Shown here one piece after another: positions 12,721 through 26,079 of a stretch of 64,000 nt of DNA (within the stretch, counting starts at the first letter, position 1; every line of letters begins with the position of its first letter). Source of the DNA: Octopus sinensis (taxonomy: Eukaryota); NCBI RefSeq assembly GCF_006345805.1, contig NC_042997.1, positions 212,350,001-212,414,000 on the forward strand, in the 5' to 3' direction. The notes below the pieces were generated by a model, which made no database searches, was not told the origin of the DNA, and worked only from the letters and a program-made list of their open reading frames with translations. The translations under genes and the position numbers were made by a program.

Positions 12721-13669
12721 TGCACAGCAACTATACAAAATTCAGGTGAAGCAGTAAGGAGTTCTCTATGTCTAGAATAAGAAACTCCTTGTCACAAACG
12801 ATATTACTTTCATTAAACCTTGAAAATGATCAGCGATAAAATCCTAAGGCCAAAACATTAATTTTGTCTGAGTTTCTAACATATGTTCTTGAGGTCAGTG
12901 TGTTGGATCTGATAGGGTGATAGGGTGGTGGGTTTGATTCCTCATCTAATTGCTACATTGTGTTGTTGAGCACTTCAGTTTACTCAGCCTGTAAATCCTG
13001 TATCTGGTACTGGTGCAGCTTCACTGCCCAACTCCCTGTCACATGCTGGCTCTCTGACTTGATCAAGATTCAGGAATACACAGCCTCACAGTTGAATTAT
13101 TCTACAGTAACATGAAAGATACCATTTTGGAAGGGAGATTGTAACTCTGTCAGCATTTGGTTTCTCAGCTCTCAATGCCAACACACACCTATCCTCTGGA
13201 TAAAACCTGGGTGCATAACCTCCAGGAGTCTACTCACAAGAGAGATCTCAGCCAAGGAAATGCAAGATTTCAGAGGTTGAGTACACCAACACCTTTTGTT
13301 ATTCTCCCACTTATGGAACCACAGGGAACGAACAGTAATCAACCTGTGACAAATCTATAACCAAACCAGAATTCATCCAGAATCCAAATATTTTTTAATC
13401 CAAGAAGACAAAACCTTTTATTCTTTTATTGGTTTCAGCTATTAGATTTTGGCCATGCTGGGGCAATGTCTTCAAGATCGCAATCAATCTTTTCAAACCC
13501 AATTCTGATTTTTTTGATCTTTGTTTGTGACACCACTAAGTTAAGGGGCATAAAAGGATACAACTTATATAATACCAATTTTGTGAATGGTGCAAATATA
13601 AAACACACACACATCTGGCACAAGACTGCTTCCTTTCAATGCCACATCCTCTCTCAAAACATCTTTGTC

Positions 13670-13960
13670 TTGCAGGCTACTTAGTTGACCCTGTCAGTCC
13701 ACACTGGAAAGTGATTGACGTTTGGAAGGGAATCCAGGTGTTGAAAAAGCCATGCCAAAACTAACCTTACCTGTGCTGGCGCCACATAAAAAAACACTCA
13801 GTCCACTCAGCAGAGTGGTTGGTGTTAGGAAGGACATCGAGCAGTAAAAACAGTGCCAAAAACAGGGACAGAAGTCTGGTGCAGTCTTCTACCTGGCCAG
13901 CTTCTTATCAAACAATCCAACCCGTGCCAGCTTCGAAGGCAGACGTTAAATGATGACAAT
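13670..13960 (+). mobile_element. Family C fragment
   Basis: ggttggtgttaggaaggacatc...gacgttaaatgatgac. Confidence 0.7.
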
Positions 13961-15432
13961 AAAACAAAACATAAAAGATATTCACTTACACCATCTTACA
14001 TATATTTCATAAATATAAGGTGATTATTAGGTATGTAATGTAAATCATAGAATTAAGATTGATCAAATCATCAGAGACTTGTATCTTTTATACATAACAT
14101 TATTAGATTATAGAAATGTTGATAGAATCAACCACACACGTACATGCTTGCATCTGTTTAAAATCTTCTTCCATTTATACATTTGTATCAATATATAATT
14201 CTTCCATATATATATATATATAGTGAGTTTTATATAGACACAGACATATATATATATATATGTCTGTGTCTATATAAAACTCACTCATTTATGTACATCT
14301 CTAAATATATAAAACTTGTATTCCATTTATACATTTATATATTGAAGTCTGTGTGTCTGCATAAAAAGTTTTGGAACCACTGTATTTGTTATTTAAAGCA
14401 AATTCTTTCAGCAACTCTTTTCCTAATTCTCATTTACAGAGCAGCATTTCCTTTCCTAAAATAGAAAACTAAACTCAAATGTTATGGTGCTGAAATTAAA
14501 AAATCTCTGCTGCTATTTTGTCTTTCCATCAACACTTGTGGCACAAATTTTCATACTTGAACTGACGTTTCAGCAGATTAATTCCTCCTCTTTGGGAAAA
14601 TGTCTTTAAATAAAGGAATGCTTAAAGAGTCAACATCCCAAGGAAGTGCCTTTTAGATGTTTTTTGAGTATTATCTGTTCAAGAATGGATTTTTTGAGGA
14701 AAGTTTGTAGTTCTTGTAGACTGTTTTCTTTCTCTGTCTAAATTTCCTCCGTTAACAGCTTAGCATTTTTCCCATCCCCATCAAGTGTAACGGTTGTTCT
14801 ACTAATTTGTAAAATCAATAAATAGATAAAATTTTGAATTCTTGTCAATGTACCTTCATCTTGTATCCATTGAGAAGTAATACCAAATATTTTCATTTCG
14901 ATATGTCTGTGTGTGATGTGGAATTTGAAACCTGTGTGTGTGGTTACAAGTAGTTGTTTACAAATATATTTCCTGCAGAGATGCTTCAACAGGGTCAGTA
15001 TCCCTATTTTAATGGATGCAATTTCAACCCCTTACTTGCACACCTGTCTCCTCTCTCTGCCTCTTCTATTGCTATTACAGCAGTCTCTGTTCTTTGGAAT
15101 TGGTTGATCATCTTAGCCACTCTCAACTCACATGTCTCTTCTTTTTCTGTCACCATTTTTTATGTCTTCACCCCCCACCTCTTCACTAACCATCATATCC
15201 AGTTTTTCATCCAAAGAACATCCATCTTTTGGACTTACCCCACAGTCCATGATTTCCATGCTGCCATTGACTCAAAACTTCAGGGATTTCACTGATCATT
15301 AGTAGAAAAACGTTTGCTTTTGTAAATGTTATTAGATGAGTTTCTTAATTAGCATTCTTAACAACATTACTGATACAGAGATGTACTTGCATAGCAAGTG
15401 ACCTGATCTGAGATCGTGTGCTGGAACGAAAG

Positions 15433-15603
15433 CAATTGCAGTGTGGAAGGTGTTTGTAAGCCATTTAAGAAACACACAAAAAACCGTTAGATTCACTTCA
15501 ACATTCATATTTAATTAAATTTGTCGTTAAATTTAAATGTTGAAGTGAATCAAACGGTTTTTGTGTGTTTCTTAAATGGCTTACACCTTCCACGCTGCTA
15601 TTG
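15433..15603. repeat. Fold-back inverted repeat with about 70-bp arms and a 30-nt loop
   Basis: caattgcagtgtggaaggtgtttgtaagccatttaagaaacacac...cacttcaacatt (15433-15505) is near-perfectly reverse-complementary to 15536-15603. Confidence 0.9.
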
Positions 15604-15870
15604 ATTACTGCTACACTTCTGCATAATCTACAGAAAGCACATATTTCTTAAACAAGACACACAGTCTTCCCAAACAGACAGTTTACAGATGTTCTGAATC
15701 AAGTCTACAACATAATTTCAGTCCTTGATTCTACTAATTCCATTTTAATTATGTTGCTTCCTCTTAACAGAAACACACCTGGTATCACCACTCCCTCATC
15801 TCTTTTCTCCTTCCTTTCATCTCCATAACATCATCAAAAAGTCATTTCATTGGTTATTAACAATAATTCA

Positions 15871-16172
15871 ATCATCATCATCATCATCGTTTAACGTCCG
15901 CTTTCCATGCTAGCATGGGTTGGACGGTTTAACTGGGGTCTGGGAAGCCAGAAGGCTGCACCAGGCCCAGTCTGATCTGGCAATGTTTCTACGGCTGGAT
16001 GCCTTTCCTAACACCAACCACTCCATGAGTGTAGTGGGTGCTTTTTACGTGCCACCGGCACAGTGCCAGGGGAGGCTGGCAAACGGCCACGATTGGATGG
16101 TGTTTTTTACGTGCCACCGGCATAGAGACCAGACGAAGCTGGCAACGGCCACGTGCCACCGGCATGGAGGCC
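15871..16172 (-). mobile_element. SINE-like family C
   Basis: (atc)n-gtttaacgtccgctttccatgctagcatgggttggacgg. Confidence 0.85.
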
Positions 16173-18499
16173 AATAAAATATAGAAAATTTTAGAGGCTG
16201 TTGTGAAACTTTATGTAACATTGATCCAGCAGACCTATGATTCATGAATATCCAGTAATTTTTTTTTCTTTTAATTATAGTCTCATCATCATTGCCGTCT
16301 TCATTTAATGCTCACTTTTCCATGCTTGCATGGGTCGCACAGAATCTCACTTCAAATTTCTAAAAACTATTTCTAAATTTTCGGTGTTTTTTCCATTATC
16401 TTCATTGTTAATTCATTCCGTTGTTTTCACTCTGTTATTACTATTAACTGGCTTCTACTTCATTTTAACTGTTGATTCGAACAGTCTTACAAAGTAGACT
16501 CCTTCTAGCTGACTTCAAAACATTCCAGACTGGTTATGCCTGGTAAATAGTCACAGCAGATAATTTTGTCTTAGACTTTTTGCTAATCAGATATTACATA
16601 ATCAACTTAATTACTTTGGTCATAACTAAGTTCCTGACAACACTCAGTCAACTAGGTTTCTTCTTTTCTGTTTACTGGTACAACTACTTGTACCATTCAA
16701 AAGAAAACCGAGGCCTCAAAATACACACCTACATGCTATGTTTAATTCATAGTGTTCTCAAAAATTGCTATTTTCTTTTCTCTTTTTTCCTCTCAAATGT
16801 ATTTCCATTTGCAGTGTTTGAAGGGAGAAATAAAGCAAATTAACTGGGAGACCAAAGAAAACAAAACCATATTGATCATAAATTAATATCTAAATAAGAC
16901 AAAAATGGGAAAGTTGAAAGAAAACTAAGATGTTTGCACCAGCAATTTTTCCCATTGACAGACTAACTTAAGATTAGTTTAGTGCTGAGTTTGCAATAAA
17001 TTGGTTAAAAGAATAGTTTTAATGGCTTTCTATATTTACATAGAACTCGAGAGACAAAAGGAAATGAGCAGAAAATACCAGGAATTCTCAAAAAAATAAA
17101 GACACTCTTGTTTATTAATCTATTAGCATTTCTTTCAAGAGTGATATCTTAATCTCAGAGCTACGATTATGGTTCTTTATTGTCATCATCATCATCATCA
17201 ATCGTTATTGCAGGAGTTCAACAAAACATCAATAATACAACAAATATTTCATCACACGTTGCTGACTTTTGTCATCGTCAGATCTTCATATCCTGAAACC
17301 AGCCCCCACTTCTTCAGATCTTCATATCCTGAAACCAGACCCCACTTCTTCTTCCCAAGTCTTCTTTCATCTTCCCCTCCCTTAGGTTCCTTTCATAGAT
17401 TACTTAACATTTCCTTACTCAACAGACATTTGCATACAATCTCCTCTTTTACAAATGGCAGCTGATTCTTCTTACATCCAGTTTTTCTTGCAGATTATTT
17501 ATCCTTCGTTGTTCATTCATGTTACCATTACACATCCAGTAAAGCATGCACGTCTCATCTCTCTTCTACCTTCCTGTACCTTTTCCATTCAATGCTTATA
17601 TTTCTCTAAACTTTTACCCCATTCTCCATTTTAGTAATGTTTTCAGAAACCCTTCTCTGCTGCTATTTTGATCGTTTACATAACAGAAGCCATCAGCATC
17701 TTCAATAGGAGAACCTTCTGAACATTTTATAAGAATTCATTTCACTTGTTTTCTTACAGACAACAATTCTTCTTCCTCCACCTGCTTCTTTCTAACCCCT
17801 GCACCCTTGTGTACGCTTGAACCATCCAACCCATACCAGCATGGAAAAACAAACGTTAAACGATGATGATACAGAATTCCTTTCAACTGTTTTTCTGCAT
17901 CTTCAAATTTACTTTAATTTCTGTCAATTCTAGGTTTTGCTTTCTTCGACATACCGCTCTGAGAACTCGGTCATTTAGCATGTAGAAGTTCCCACGGGCA
18001 GCAGATCTTAAACTCTTCTGATATGACCTTGAAGACTTTAATAAACAGGAGGGGGCTGAGAATTGAAACTTGGGCACCTACCTTCATGTTTACCAATTCT
18101 CACCTTTCTGATAATATCTCTGTATATAGCTTTCACAACTCTCATTATTTATTCAGTTCGTGTGTGACATCCTGTGCCTGGCGGATAAATGCCAACTGTT
18201 GGGGAGGCCTGACATTGTACTCCAGACTTTGTTTTAATTTGTGCAATTTGCACTCAAATCTCAACCAGAGATGTCAAGGGGCAACAAGGTTTTGCGTCTA
18301 AAGATGCAAACTGGTAAGGTGCCATACAACTGAAAACAATGAAGTCTGTGGAAGAAAAAAAAAGATAAAAAATAAGGTTGCATTTCCATGGAGAAGAATT
18401 TATATAGACTCTGTGGGGAGCCATGAGTATTATCTTTTGTAATTTGCTTATTTTGGGGCTGCCAGGGATTTGGTCTCCACATTTGATTGCTCCTTTTAA

Positions 18500-18985
18500 T
18501 ATAATTCCATGTACTCCAATAATAATGGACTAGTATCCTTCGATCACCTCTGTCTACGCCACATCCTTCGTATCCGATGGCATCACTTTGTCTCCAACAA
18601 TTTGGTGTGACACCAGTGCAAAATCACCTTCCTCTGACAAGTCATCCTAACGAGAATTCTGCATTGGCTGGGTTATGCTCTCCGTCATCAACCAGGAGGA
18701 TTCATCTGTGAAGCAATTGCCCCAGCTCCCCTTCAGGGTTGGTGAAAGCGATGTGGTGGACAACGAAAAACCTGGTTGATGACTGCCAAGGCTGATCTGG
18801 AACCCAACCTAGGCCCCCATATCTATGGCGTTCGCCGCTGGAATAAGGAGTGGTTGGAGATCATGTGGTCGTTAGCCTCAAATCGCCAGGTCTGGTCAGT
18901 GTTTGTGAGAGATGCAGCATTGAGGATGAATGAAGCCAGCTCAACCCACTCCGGGTGAATGCTGTCTCAACACAAGAGAATCATA
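18500..18985 (+). mobile_element. RTE-clade LINE 3' end, decayed
   Basis: Encodes RRWNKEWLEIMWSLASNRQVWSVFVRDAALRMNEASSTHSG*, homologous to the 3' end at 42880-43148. Confidence 0.6.
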
Positions 18986-19148
18986 AAGGATAATGTCTTG
19001 GCATTGAAATGCCATTTTCTTCTGATTTCAATCTCTCGGTTCTTATGTTTGCTCAGTTTCTCAAATGTTTTCCAAGATGTGTTTTTGTCAGCTGGAACTG
19101 CAACGATTAAAAGACAAGTCTTTTCAAAATTATTGATATCTGGTCAGT

Positions 19149-19530
19149 GTGGAGGTGCAATGGCCCAGTGGTTAGGGCAGCGGACTCGCGGTCATAGGAT
19201 CGCGGTTTCAATTCCCAGACCGGGCGTTGTGAGTGTTTATTGAGCGAAAACACCTAAAGCTCCACGAGGCTCCGGCAGGGATGGTGGTGATCCCTGCTGT
19301 ACTCTTTCACCACAACTTTCTCTCGCTCTTACTTCCTGTTTCTGTTGTACCTGTATTTCAAAGGGCCGGCCTTGTCACTCTCTGTGTCACGCTGAATATC
19401 CCCGAGAACTACGTTAAGGGTACACGTGTCTGTGGAGTGCTCAGCCACTTACACGTTAATTTCACGAGCAGGCTGTTCCGTTGATCGGATCAACCGGAAC
19501 CCTCGTCGTCGTAACCGACGGAGTGCTTCC
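19149..19530 (+). mobile_element. Full-length tRNA-derived SINE (family A) with a 13-bp TSD
   Basis: A-box tggcccagtgg and B-box-like ggtttcaattcc; TSD atatctggtcagt at 19136-19148 and 19531-19543. Confidence 0.92.
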
Positions 19531-20119
19531 ATATCTGGTCAGTTAGCCTGGATTTCTCAATCAGAACACTGAAATTCCAAAGGGAAGTGGCGGCCTTGGC
19601 ATTCTGGGCAACTTGTGCTGGCTTGTGTTTCCACCAGTTATTTTTATGGGGGAAGTTGCATGTGCAGCATATTGACCTGCGTATGCACTGAGGTGTTCTG
19701 TCTTTGCAAGCATTCTGTTGATGCCAGTCAACTGTACCCAGAGATTGTGTGCTTCATTATCTCTGGATGGTCTTCACATACATGGCACTCTGCTTTCATA
19801 TTTTAGGACTTTACTCTGGTAATTCCTAATTGGAAGGGACTGGTCCTGAGCAGCAATGATATACCCCTCAATTTCTGGGTTTGAAACCAGAGCATGTCAG
19901 CCACTGATGTATAAAGGTTTGATCTACATCAGGGTCCCTGGCTCTTCTCAGGTATTTGCCGTGCTGCTCTCATTTCTCCTCAATATATTGGAGGCTGGTT
20001 TGATTAGTTTTGCCTTGTTGGTTCAGGTGACATTTTCTTTGGCTGCTGATTCATTTAGTTATATTTTTTGAAGGTAGATTTTTTCATTTCACGTCACTGA
20101 GTTCAGCTTTTTAATATCT

Positions 20120-20355
20120 ATTTCTTTACTACCCTCAAGGGGCTAAACACAGACGGGACAAACAAGGACAGACAAATGGATTAAGTCGATTATATCGACC
20201 CCAGTGCATAACTGGTACTTAATTTATCGACCCCGAAAGGATGAAAGTCAAAGTCAACCTTGGTAGAATTTGAACTCAGAACGTAACGGCATACGAAATA
20301 CGGCTACGCATTTCGCCTGGCGTGCTAACGGTTCTGCCAGCTCGCTGCCTTTCAA
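20120..20355 (-). mobile_element. SINE family D with a 13-bp TSD
   Basis: TSD ctttttaatatct at 20107-20119 and 20356-20368; tRNA-like head on the minus strand. Confidence 0.88.
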
Positions 20356-20368
20356 CTTTTTAATATCT

Positions 20369-21745
20369 TCAGGTTTCGGAACCAGCTTTAACATCCAGTC
20401 ATTTGTTTCTTCCAGGTAGGCACACAGTCCCATGGTTGCAGTCTTCAATGAGAGTTAAGATTGTGTTAACCACTGAACACCTTCTTTTTTCGGGAGGTAT
20501 ATTTTGTCTGCCTCCTTTGGGGTGATGCATACAATGCAGTTACATCAGCTTTTGGATTTTGACGGCAACTTTATTAATCTCAGAGAGAGACTAGCTTATA
20601 ACATGGAAGGTATATGTGATTACAGGTATATGTGATTACAGGTATAGCAAGTATCTTTATGGCCTCAGTTTTGTTTCTGACATTCAACTTGGTTTTCAGA
20701 ATAGTTCTTTCTCTCTCATGGTACTCCTTCTTTATCTTTTGTCTCATCATCATCATCATCATCGTTTAACGTCTGTTCTCCATGCTAGCATGGGTTGGAC
20801 GGTTCGACTGGGGATCTGGGAAGCCAGAAGGCTGCACCAGGCTCCAGTCTTATCTGGCAATGTTTCTACAGCCGGATGCCCTTCCTAACACCAACCACTC
20901 CGTGAGTGTAGTGGGTGCATTTTACGTGCCACCTGCACTGGTGCCAGGCGAGGCTGGCATCGGCCACGGTCGGATTGGTGCATTTTACGTGCCACCTGCA
21001 CGGAAGCCAGTCGAGGCAGCACTGGCTTCGGCCACGATTCGGATGGTGCTTTTTACGTGCCACCGACACGGAAGCCAGTCGAGGCGGTGCTGGCATCGGC
21101 GACGCTTCGGATAGTGCTTTTTACGTATCTCCAGTCCAGGGGTCCTGGCATCTGCCGGGTGCCAGTCATAGGATTGGTTCAATTTCAATTCCAATTTCGA
21201 TTTCGATTCCGATCAATGAATGTTTAATCCCATCTCCTTCACTTATTCTTAAATACTTAAGACTACCCTCTGGTTCTAATTCTTCTATCTTGGTGTCTCT
21301 ATTTAGGGCGATGCTGCATGTATTTGATATTTTTCTCTTGACAAATGCAGCCCTGGTATATTTCTCCAACCCAAGTTCCAGTTTGATATCATCAATAAAT
21401 TGTAAGTCATCCATATAGAGGAGATGGTTATTTTCCCCTTCACCTTGTATCCATAATTTGTCATTATCTGTTTCATTCATGAGTATACTTAGAGGAATCA
21501 GTGCTAAGCAGAATAACAAAGGAGATAATGATTCTCCTTGAAGCATTCCACAATTAATATTCTCTTGTCCAACATTTATACATTTGAACATCTCCAAACA
21601 TTCCTTTATCAAGCTGCAAGAAAGATTATCAAAGGCCTTCTTGCAGTCTGTTCCAGGCCACTGAAAGAGGTTTTTTCTTGTTGTGACAAACTCCGAGAAT
21701 CATTTTGTTTACAGTCTTTTTCTTCATCATGGAAGATGTTGATTA
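20369..21745 (-). mobile_element. R4/Dong-like non-LTR retrotransposon fragment (RT and thumb), interrupted by a family C SINE
   Basis: GMLQGESLSPLLFCLALIPLS...HLLYMDDL (RT motifs, 21166-21612); KTKLNVRNKTEAIKILAIPVITY and LCAYLEETNDWML further downstream on the minus strand. Confidence 0.8.
20745..21200 (-). mobile_element. SINE-like family C with three internal 67-bp-type modules
   Basis: (atc)n tail at 20745; repeated gtgc(a/t)ttttacgtgccacc modules. Confidence 0.88.
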
Positions 21746-21746
21746 A

Positions 21747-21957
21747 CCCTTTGGTGTTCAGATTACTCTGTTAAATGTAATACTTTTTCACTCAAATTGT
21801 TTTGAGTTAATCATGCATTATCTTCTAGCTTTGGGGTTTCGATGATGTCATTGTTTATTTTTAGAATGTCACTGTAGGTTAGGTGTGATAGGCTGGATAT
21901 GGCCAGTTTGAATGTAGAATATTTGGGCCGGATATGGCCGGTTTAAACACTAAAGGG
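21747..21957. mobile_element. piggyBac-type MITE, 211 bp
   Basis: TTAA|CCCTTTGGTGTT ... AACACTAAAGGG|TTAA (TIR 11/12 match, TTAA TSD); a truncated homologue lies at about 41557-41710. Confidence 0.88.
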
Positions 21958-21999
21958 TTAATGAGGGAAGCATATGAGTGTTCCATTTGGACAGATGTA

Positions 22000-22790
22000 A
22001 GGTACTTGTACATTGTTATAAGGTGTGTTATGGGTCTGTAATTCTTAGGGTTTTTATTGTTTTGTCATTTTTAGGGGGCAAAAGAAGTGATCCCATTAGC
22101 CAGCCATTCCAAGGTCATTTATAGTTCCTTCGTAATTACATTGTAACAAAAAGTTAACTTTTTGTGCATGTTGCATTTGGAATCAATATTCTTGATACTG
22201 GGCCACAAACAGTTTCCTTTAGCAACCAAGGACCTTTTAAACAATTCTGGTTGTTCCTAATTGAGCAGATTTCTGTATTAATGCAGCTCTCACAGTTCCA
22301 CCAATCTCAATTAGGAAACCATCAGGTCTATTGGTAATGGTACCTAAATGGCACCCAGAACCCTTCAGTCTTCACATTTCCCTCACCAAGTCCTGGTATT
22401 TTCTTATTTTCTCTTGTTCTTTAATTGCTACATTCATATCAGCAGACACAGCCACATCTATCATGATGCACTTTTTTGACATGTCAAGAATGATAATATC
22501 TGGTGAACTTTCTTGAATTGCCTGGTCAGTCTGTATGGTTGCGAACTGAGGCCTGACTGACCCCTGTCTATCTGCTAAATTCTTTGATAAACTTATTCTT
22601 ACCTCGCACCTTGCTGACAGCTCCCCTCTTTCAAACAGAAGAAACCTTTCAACATAGAGTTCTTGATGAAGTGCGGTGCAGGCTGACCGACATCTTCAGG
22701 AGGCTACAGTTGTTTTTGTTTGACGGTGCTCACACTATTCGCATGCACAATATGGTGCCTATAGTGCTCTCTCCAAAGCCATTCATCTAA
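22000..22790 (-). mobile_element. R4/Dong-like LINE 3' fragment (zinc-knuckle region and REL endonuclease)
   Basis: Manual minus-strand translation IQTDQAIQESSPDIIILDMSKKCIMIDVAVSADMNVAIKEQEKIRKYQDLVREM* shows the PD..D..K restriction-like endonuclease motif; SACTALHQELYVER lies upstream. Confidence 0.8.
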
Positions 22791-23078
22791 TCTTAGATTT
22801 CTTAGTGATCACCACATTACAGTGTTGGGAATCCTCAAAAGCCTCCTTCAGGTCAACAATTCCTTATTATAGGGGATTACTCCTAGCTAATTCCTTCTCC
22901 TATAGGGATCTCGCTTTAGTTTTCTTTCTGTAACTTTCAGAAGTTTGTTGTTTCTTTTTCTTTCTTCTTTAATTGCTTCTGTCTTTTGTACTTTTATTCT
23001 TGCAGTAGTTGAGGATGGTATTAATGTGCAGCATATAATACATAACCTACAAATATATATAATATATATATATATATA

Positions 23079-23477
23079 TCTTTATATATAAAAGTCAAGT
23101 TGTGTGTCTGTCTCCTATGATTTAGATTCCTAACTACTCCCACATTTTGCGGTGCAGTGTAACCAAAACCGGGTCTCTTATAGTCGTGATTCATATCGAG
23201 CCCTTCTGGGTATTAGCGCGCGTCTACGATGAGTCTACGATTTAAAAAAAAATTTACCATAATTTTTTTCCATTTTAATGCATTTTTTCGCTATTATATA
23301 AGGGAAGTAACTCTCTAAAAATGTCTACGATGAGTCAACGATTTAAAAAAAAATTTACCATCATTTTTTTTCCATTTTTAATGCATTTTTTTTGCTATTT
23401 TTTGGCTATAACTCTCTAAAAATGCTTATATAGTTATTTCCCTTACAAACCCGAGCAACGCTGGGCGATACTGCTAG
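23079..23477 (+). mobile_element. Non-autonomous Helitron, 399 bp
   Basis: A|TCTTTATATATAAAAG 5' end; subterminal hairpin CCCGAGC-aac-GCTGGG (23450-23465) 8 nt before the terminal CTAG|T; no TSD; internal tandem duplication of about 100 bp. Confidence 0.9.
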
Positions 23478-23502
23478 TATATATATATATATATATATAT
23501 AT

Positions 23503-23810
23503 ATGGAGATGCAATGGCCCAGTGGTTAGGGCAGTGGACTCGCGGTCGTAGGATCGCAGTTGCAATTCCCAGACTGGGCATTGTAAGTGTTTATTGAGCG
23601 AAAACACCTAAAGCCCCCACAAGGCTCTGGCAGGGGGTGGTGGCAATCCCTGCTGTATTCTTTCACCACAACTTTCTCTCACTCTTTCTTCTGTTGGCCT
23701 GCTCACTTAGCCAGCGGGGTGGCGTCATTCGAAGGCTAAAACAATGCCAAGTGCATTGTGACCAGCGATGTGTAGCAACATCTGATAGCCTGGTTGGTCA
23801 CCGTGAGATA
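23503..23810 (+). mobile_element. SINE family A inserted in (TA)n
   Basis: ggagatgcaatggcccagtggttagggcagtggactcgcggtcgtaggatcgcag, homologous to 19149. Confidence 0.85.
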
Positions 23811-23869
23811 TATATATCAATCTCTCTGTCTCTGGCTGGGTAACCATGTGCCTCCTCTACAAGACACCT

Positions 23870-24092
23870 CTTTCTGTCTCTGTCACATCTGGCACGAGAT
23901 ATCCTCCAATTCCGCCTCCCCTCTCAAAGGGTCCTTGTCTTGCAAGTTACTTGGTGACCCTGCCAGTGCTGGTGCCATGTAAAAAGCATCCAGTCTACAT
24001 TGTAAAGTGGTTGGCATTTGGAAAGGCATCCAGCAGTAAAAAAATCATGTCAAACCCATGCCACCATGGAAAACACATTAAAAGCTGATGAT
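23870..24092 (+). mobile_element. Family C-related fragment
   Basis: gtaaaaagcatccagtctacattgtaaagtggttggcatttggaaaggcatccagc...ccatgccaccatggaaaacacattaaaagctgatgatg. Confidence 0.6.
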
Positions 24093-24728
24093 GAAATACA
24101 TATAAACTTGTATGTTGTGTGTGAATTTATATATATATATAAAAAGTTTATATATATGTGTATGTATATATATGTGTATATATATATCTATATATATATA
24201 TCTATATATATATATATCATCATCATCTTTTAACGTCCGTTTTCCATGCTAGCACATATATATATATATATATATAATATATATATATATAGATGATGAT
24301 GATGTACCTATATGTATATATAAATGTATACACCTGTATATAAGTATATACCCACCCACGTACATTAATGAACAGCATAAAAATCCATTACTTTTTATTA
24401 CTTTTTACTCATCATGTCTGCATCGCATCAACCACACAAGTCTGCACTAATGTAATAATCCAGTTTGCAAAATCTAATTATATATGCTGCAGTAAAAAAC
24501 ACCTGGAAATCAGTTTCTGCTAGTCATTATGATAAGATTATTCTTATCATCATCATCATCATCAAGTCTAGCTTGTTCAAATAATGATACCATACCCAAC
24601 AACTGGTGTAGCAGCATTATGATGAGCTGTTACAAAGGCAAAAGAGATGCCTTAACTGAAGTATTTGCATGGGTGTCAAATTACTGGACCAGGTCACGAA
24701 AGTTCGAGAAACACTTATAACTCAATTA

Positions 24729-25963
24729 CCATAAAAACCTACATAATTTGCACACCTGTGTAATTTACGCAGGTGATTTTCAGGATAAAATTTGTTAAAA
24801 AAAACCTTCTACTCATGTAGAATTCGCACCTAAAAGTTTTCAGAATTGCTGATATAGCCAAAGGAAAAATGGTTTTCAATTTAGTTGTAATTAGCAAAAT
24901 TTCACTTACTTACGAATAGATTTTATTAAATTTTCATTAAATAAAAATAATTTCTGTTTAACATTAAAAGCTATTAATTTACATAGTGTTTGTGCTGTTT
25001 ACCATAAACTTTATTTTACATTTGTTGCCCCCAAGAGATTTTAGCAAACTGCTGTACGTCTTCTCAAATCGCAGGAAAAGTTGTTCATAAGAATTATTAA
25101 TAAGATAAATATGCACAGGTATTGCAAATTAAGCTTAATTACCAATAGACATCAGCTTGGATGACACTTTTCTCGACTGACAGAGGAAGGTGACCGATCA
25201 AACTGATTATGGAAACAGAATTCTTTTCTGCCTTCTCTTGGTGGAACCTTTGATGTGGAGGATCGAAATTTGCATTGCTTTCACACTTATAAAATGTCAA
25301 GCAAACTTTAAAATTTGTCATTACTCTTATTGTGAGTATGGGCAGAACTTGTGAATCGTTTGCTGCAAAGGAGAAATTAAATATGATGAATATTACATTT
25401 GAACATAGCAATTGAGCTGCTGGAAGGCATTCTAATGTTAATGAAGCCAATGTTGGAAATTGGCAGAAACAGTAGGACAAATCTTAAAACTGTGCTTAGT
25501 AATGAAGAGACAAAATTAAAAGCATACAATCAAGATTATCCACATCGTTACAGTTTTCTCAGTCAGGAATATCCATATCACTATGTATGTCAATGGTGCT
25601 CTGTTGTGATAGGCAGATACTCCAAGCAATGTAAATTAGGGCCCAGGCCCTGTTTACCAGCATAGATGTCAGACTTCAAAAAGTAGTTCATCATTTAATG
25701 GTTTTAGTAAATTTATACAGAAAAAGTAAGCATTATACCGTCCAGCATAAATAAAAGTCAACTTCATTATGCGTATTAAACCATTATTTTTTCTGTTGAA
25801 GCCTATTCTCACTTCAAATGAATCAACTTCCGGTTCAAATGTTTACGTTTTGTACATTTTTTCAACAAAAAAAATTTCGGAAACACTCATGTAATTTATG
25901 CAACTTTTATAGTCTATTTTTATTTTTGTGAAAAAAGTGTGTAAATTTCATGGGTTTTTATGG
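24729..25963. mobile_element. Non-autonomous TIR DNA element, 1235 bp, TA-flanked (Tc2/pogo-like termini), copy 1
   Basis: TA|CCATAAAAACCTACATAATTTGCACAC ... GTGTGTAAATTTCATGGGTTTTTATGG|TA; near-identical to the reverse complement of 49322-50561; no transposase ORF found. Confidence 0.85.
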
Positions 25964-26079
25964 TAATTTGCAGAGAGCCTGGAAGAGATGCTGTTTGGTT
26001 TTATCCTTGGGAGAAGCACTACTAATATTATCTTCATATTAAGGCAACTGCAGAAGTATTTTGTTAGAAATAAGCCACT

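Noticed and set aside
14364-14384. Tc1-like terminal repeat (reverse complement tacagtggttccaaaactttt)
   Set aside because: No partner TIR or transposase sequence was found nearby.
19149-19225. tRNA genes at the SINE heads (also 23503, 43747, 54473)
   Set aside because: A/B-box-like motifs are present but there is no complete cloverleaf, and each continues into a SINE body with a tail or TSD.
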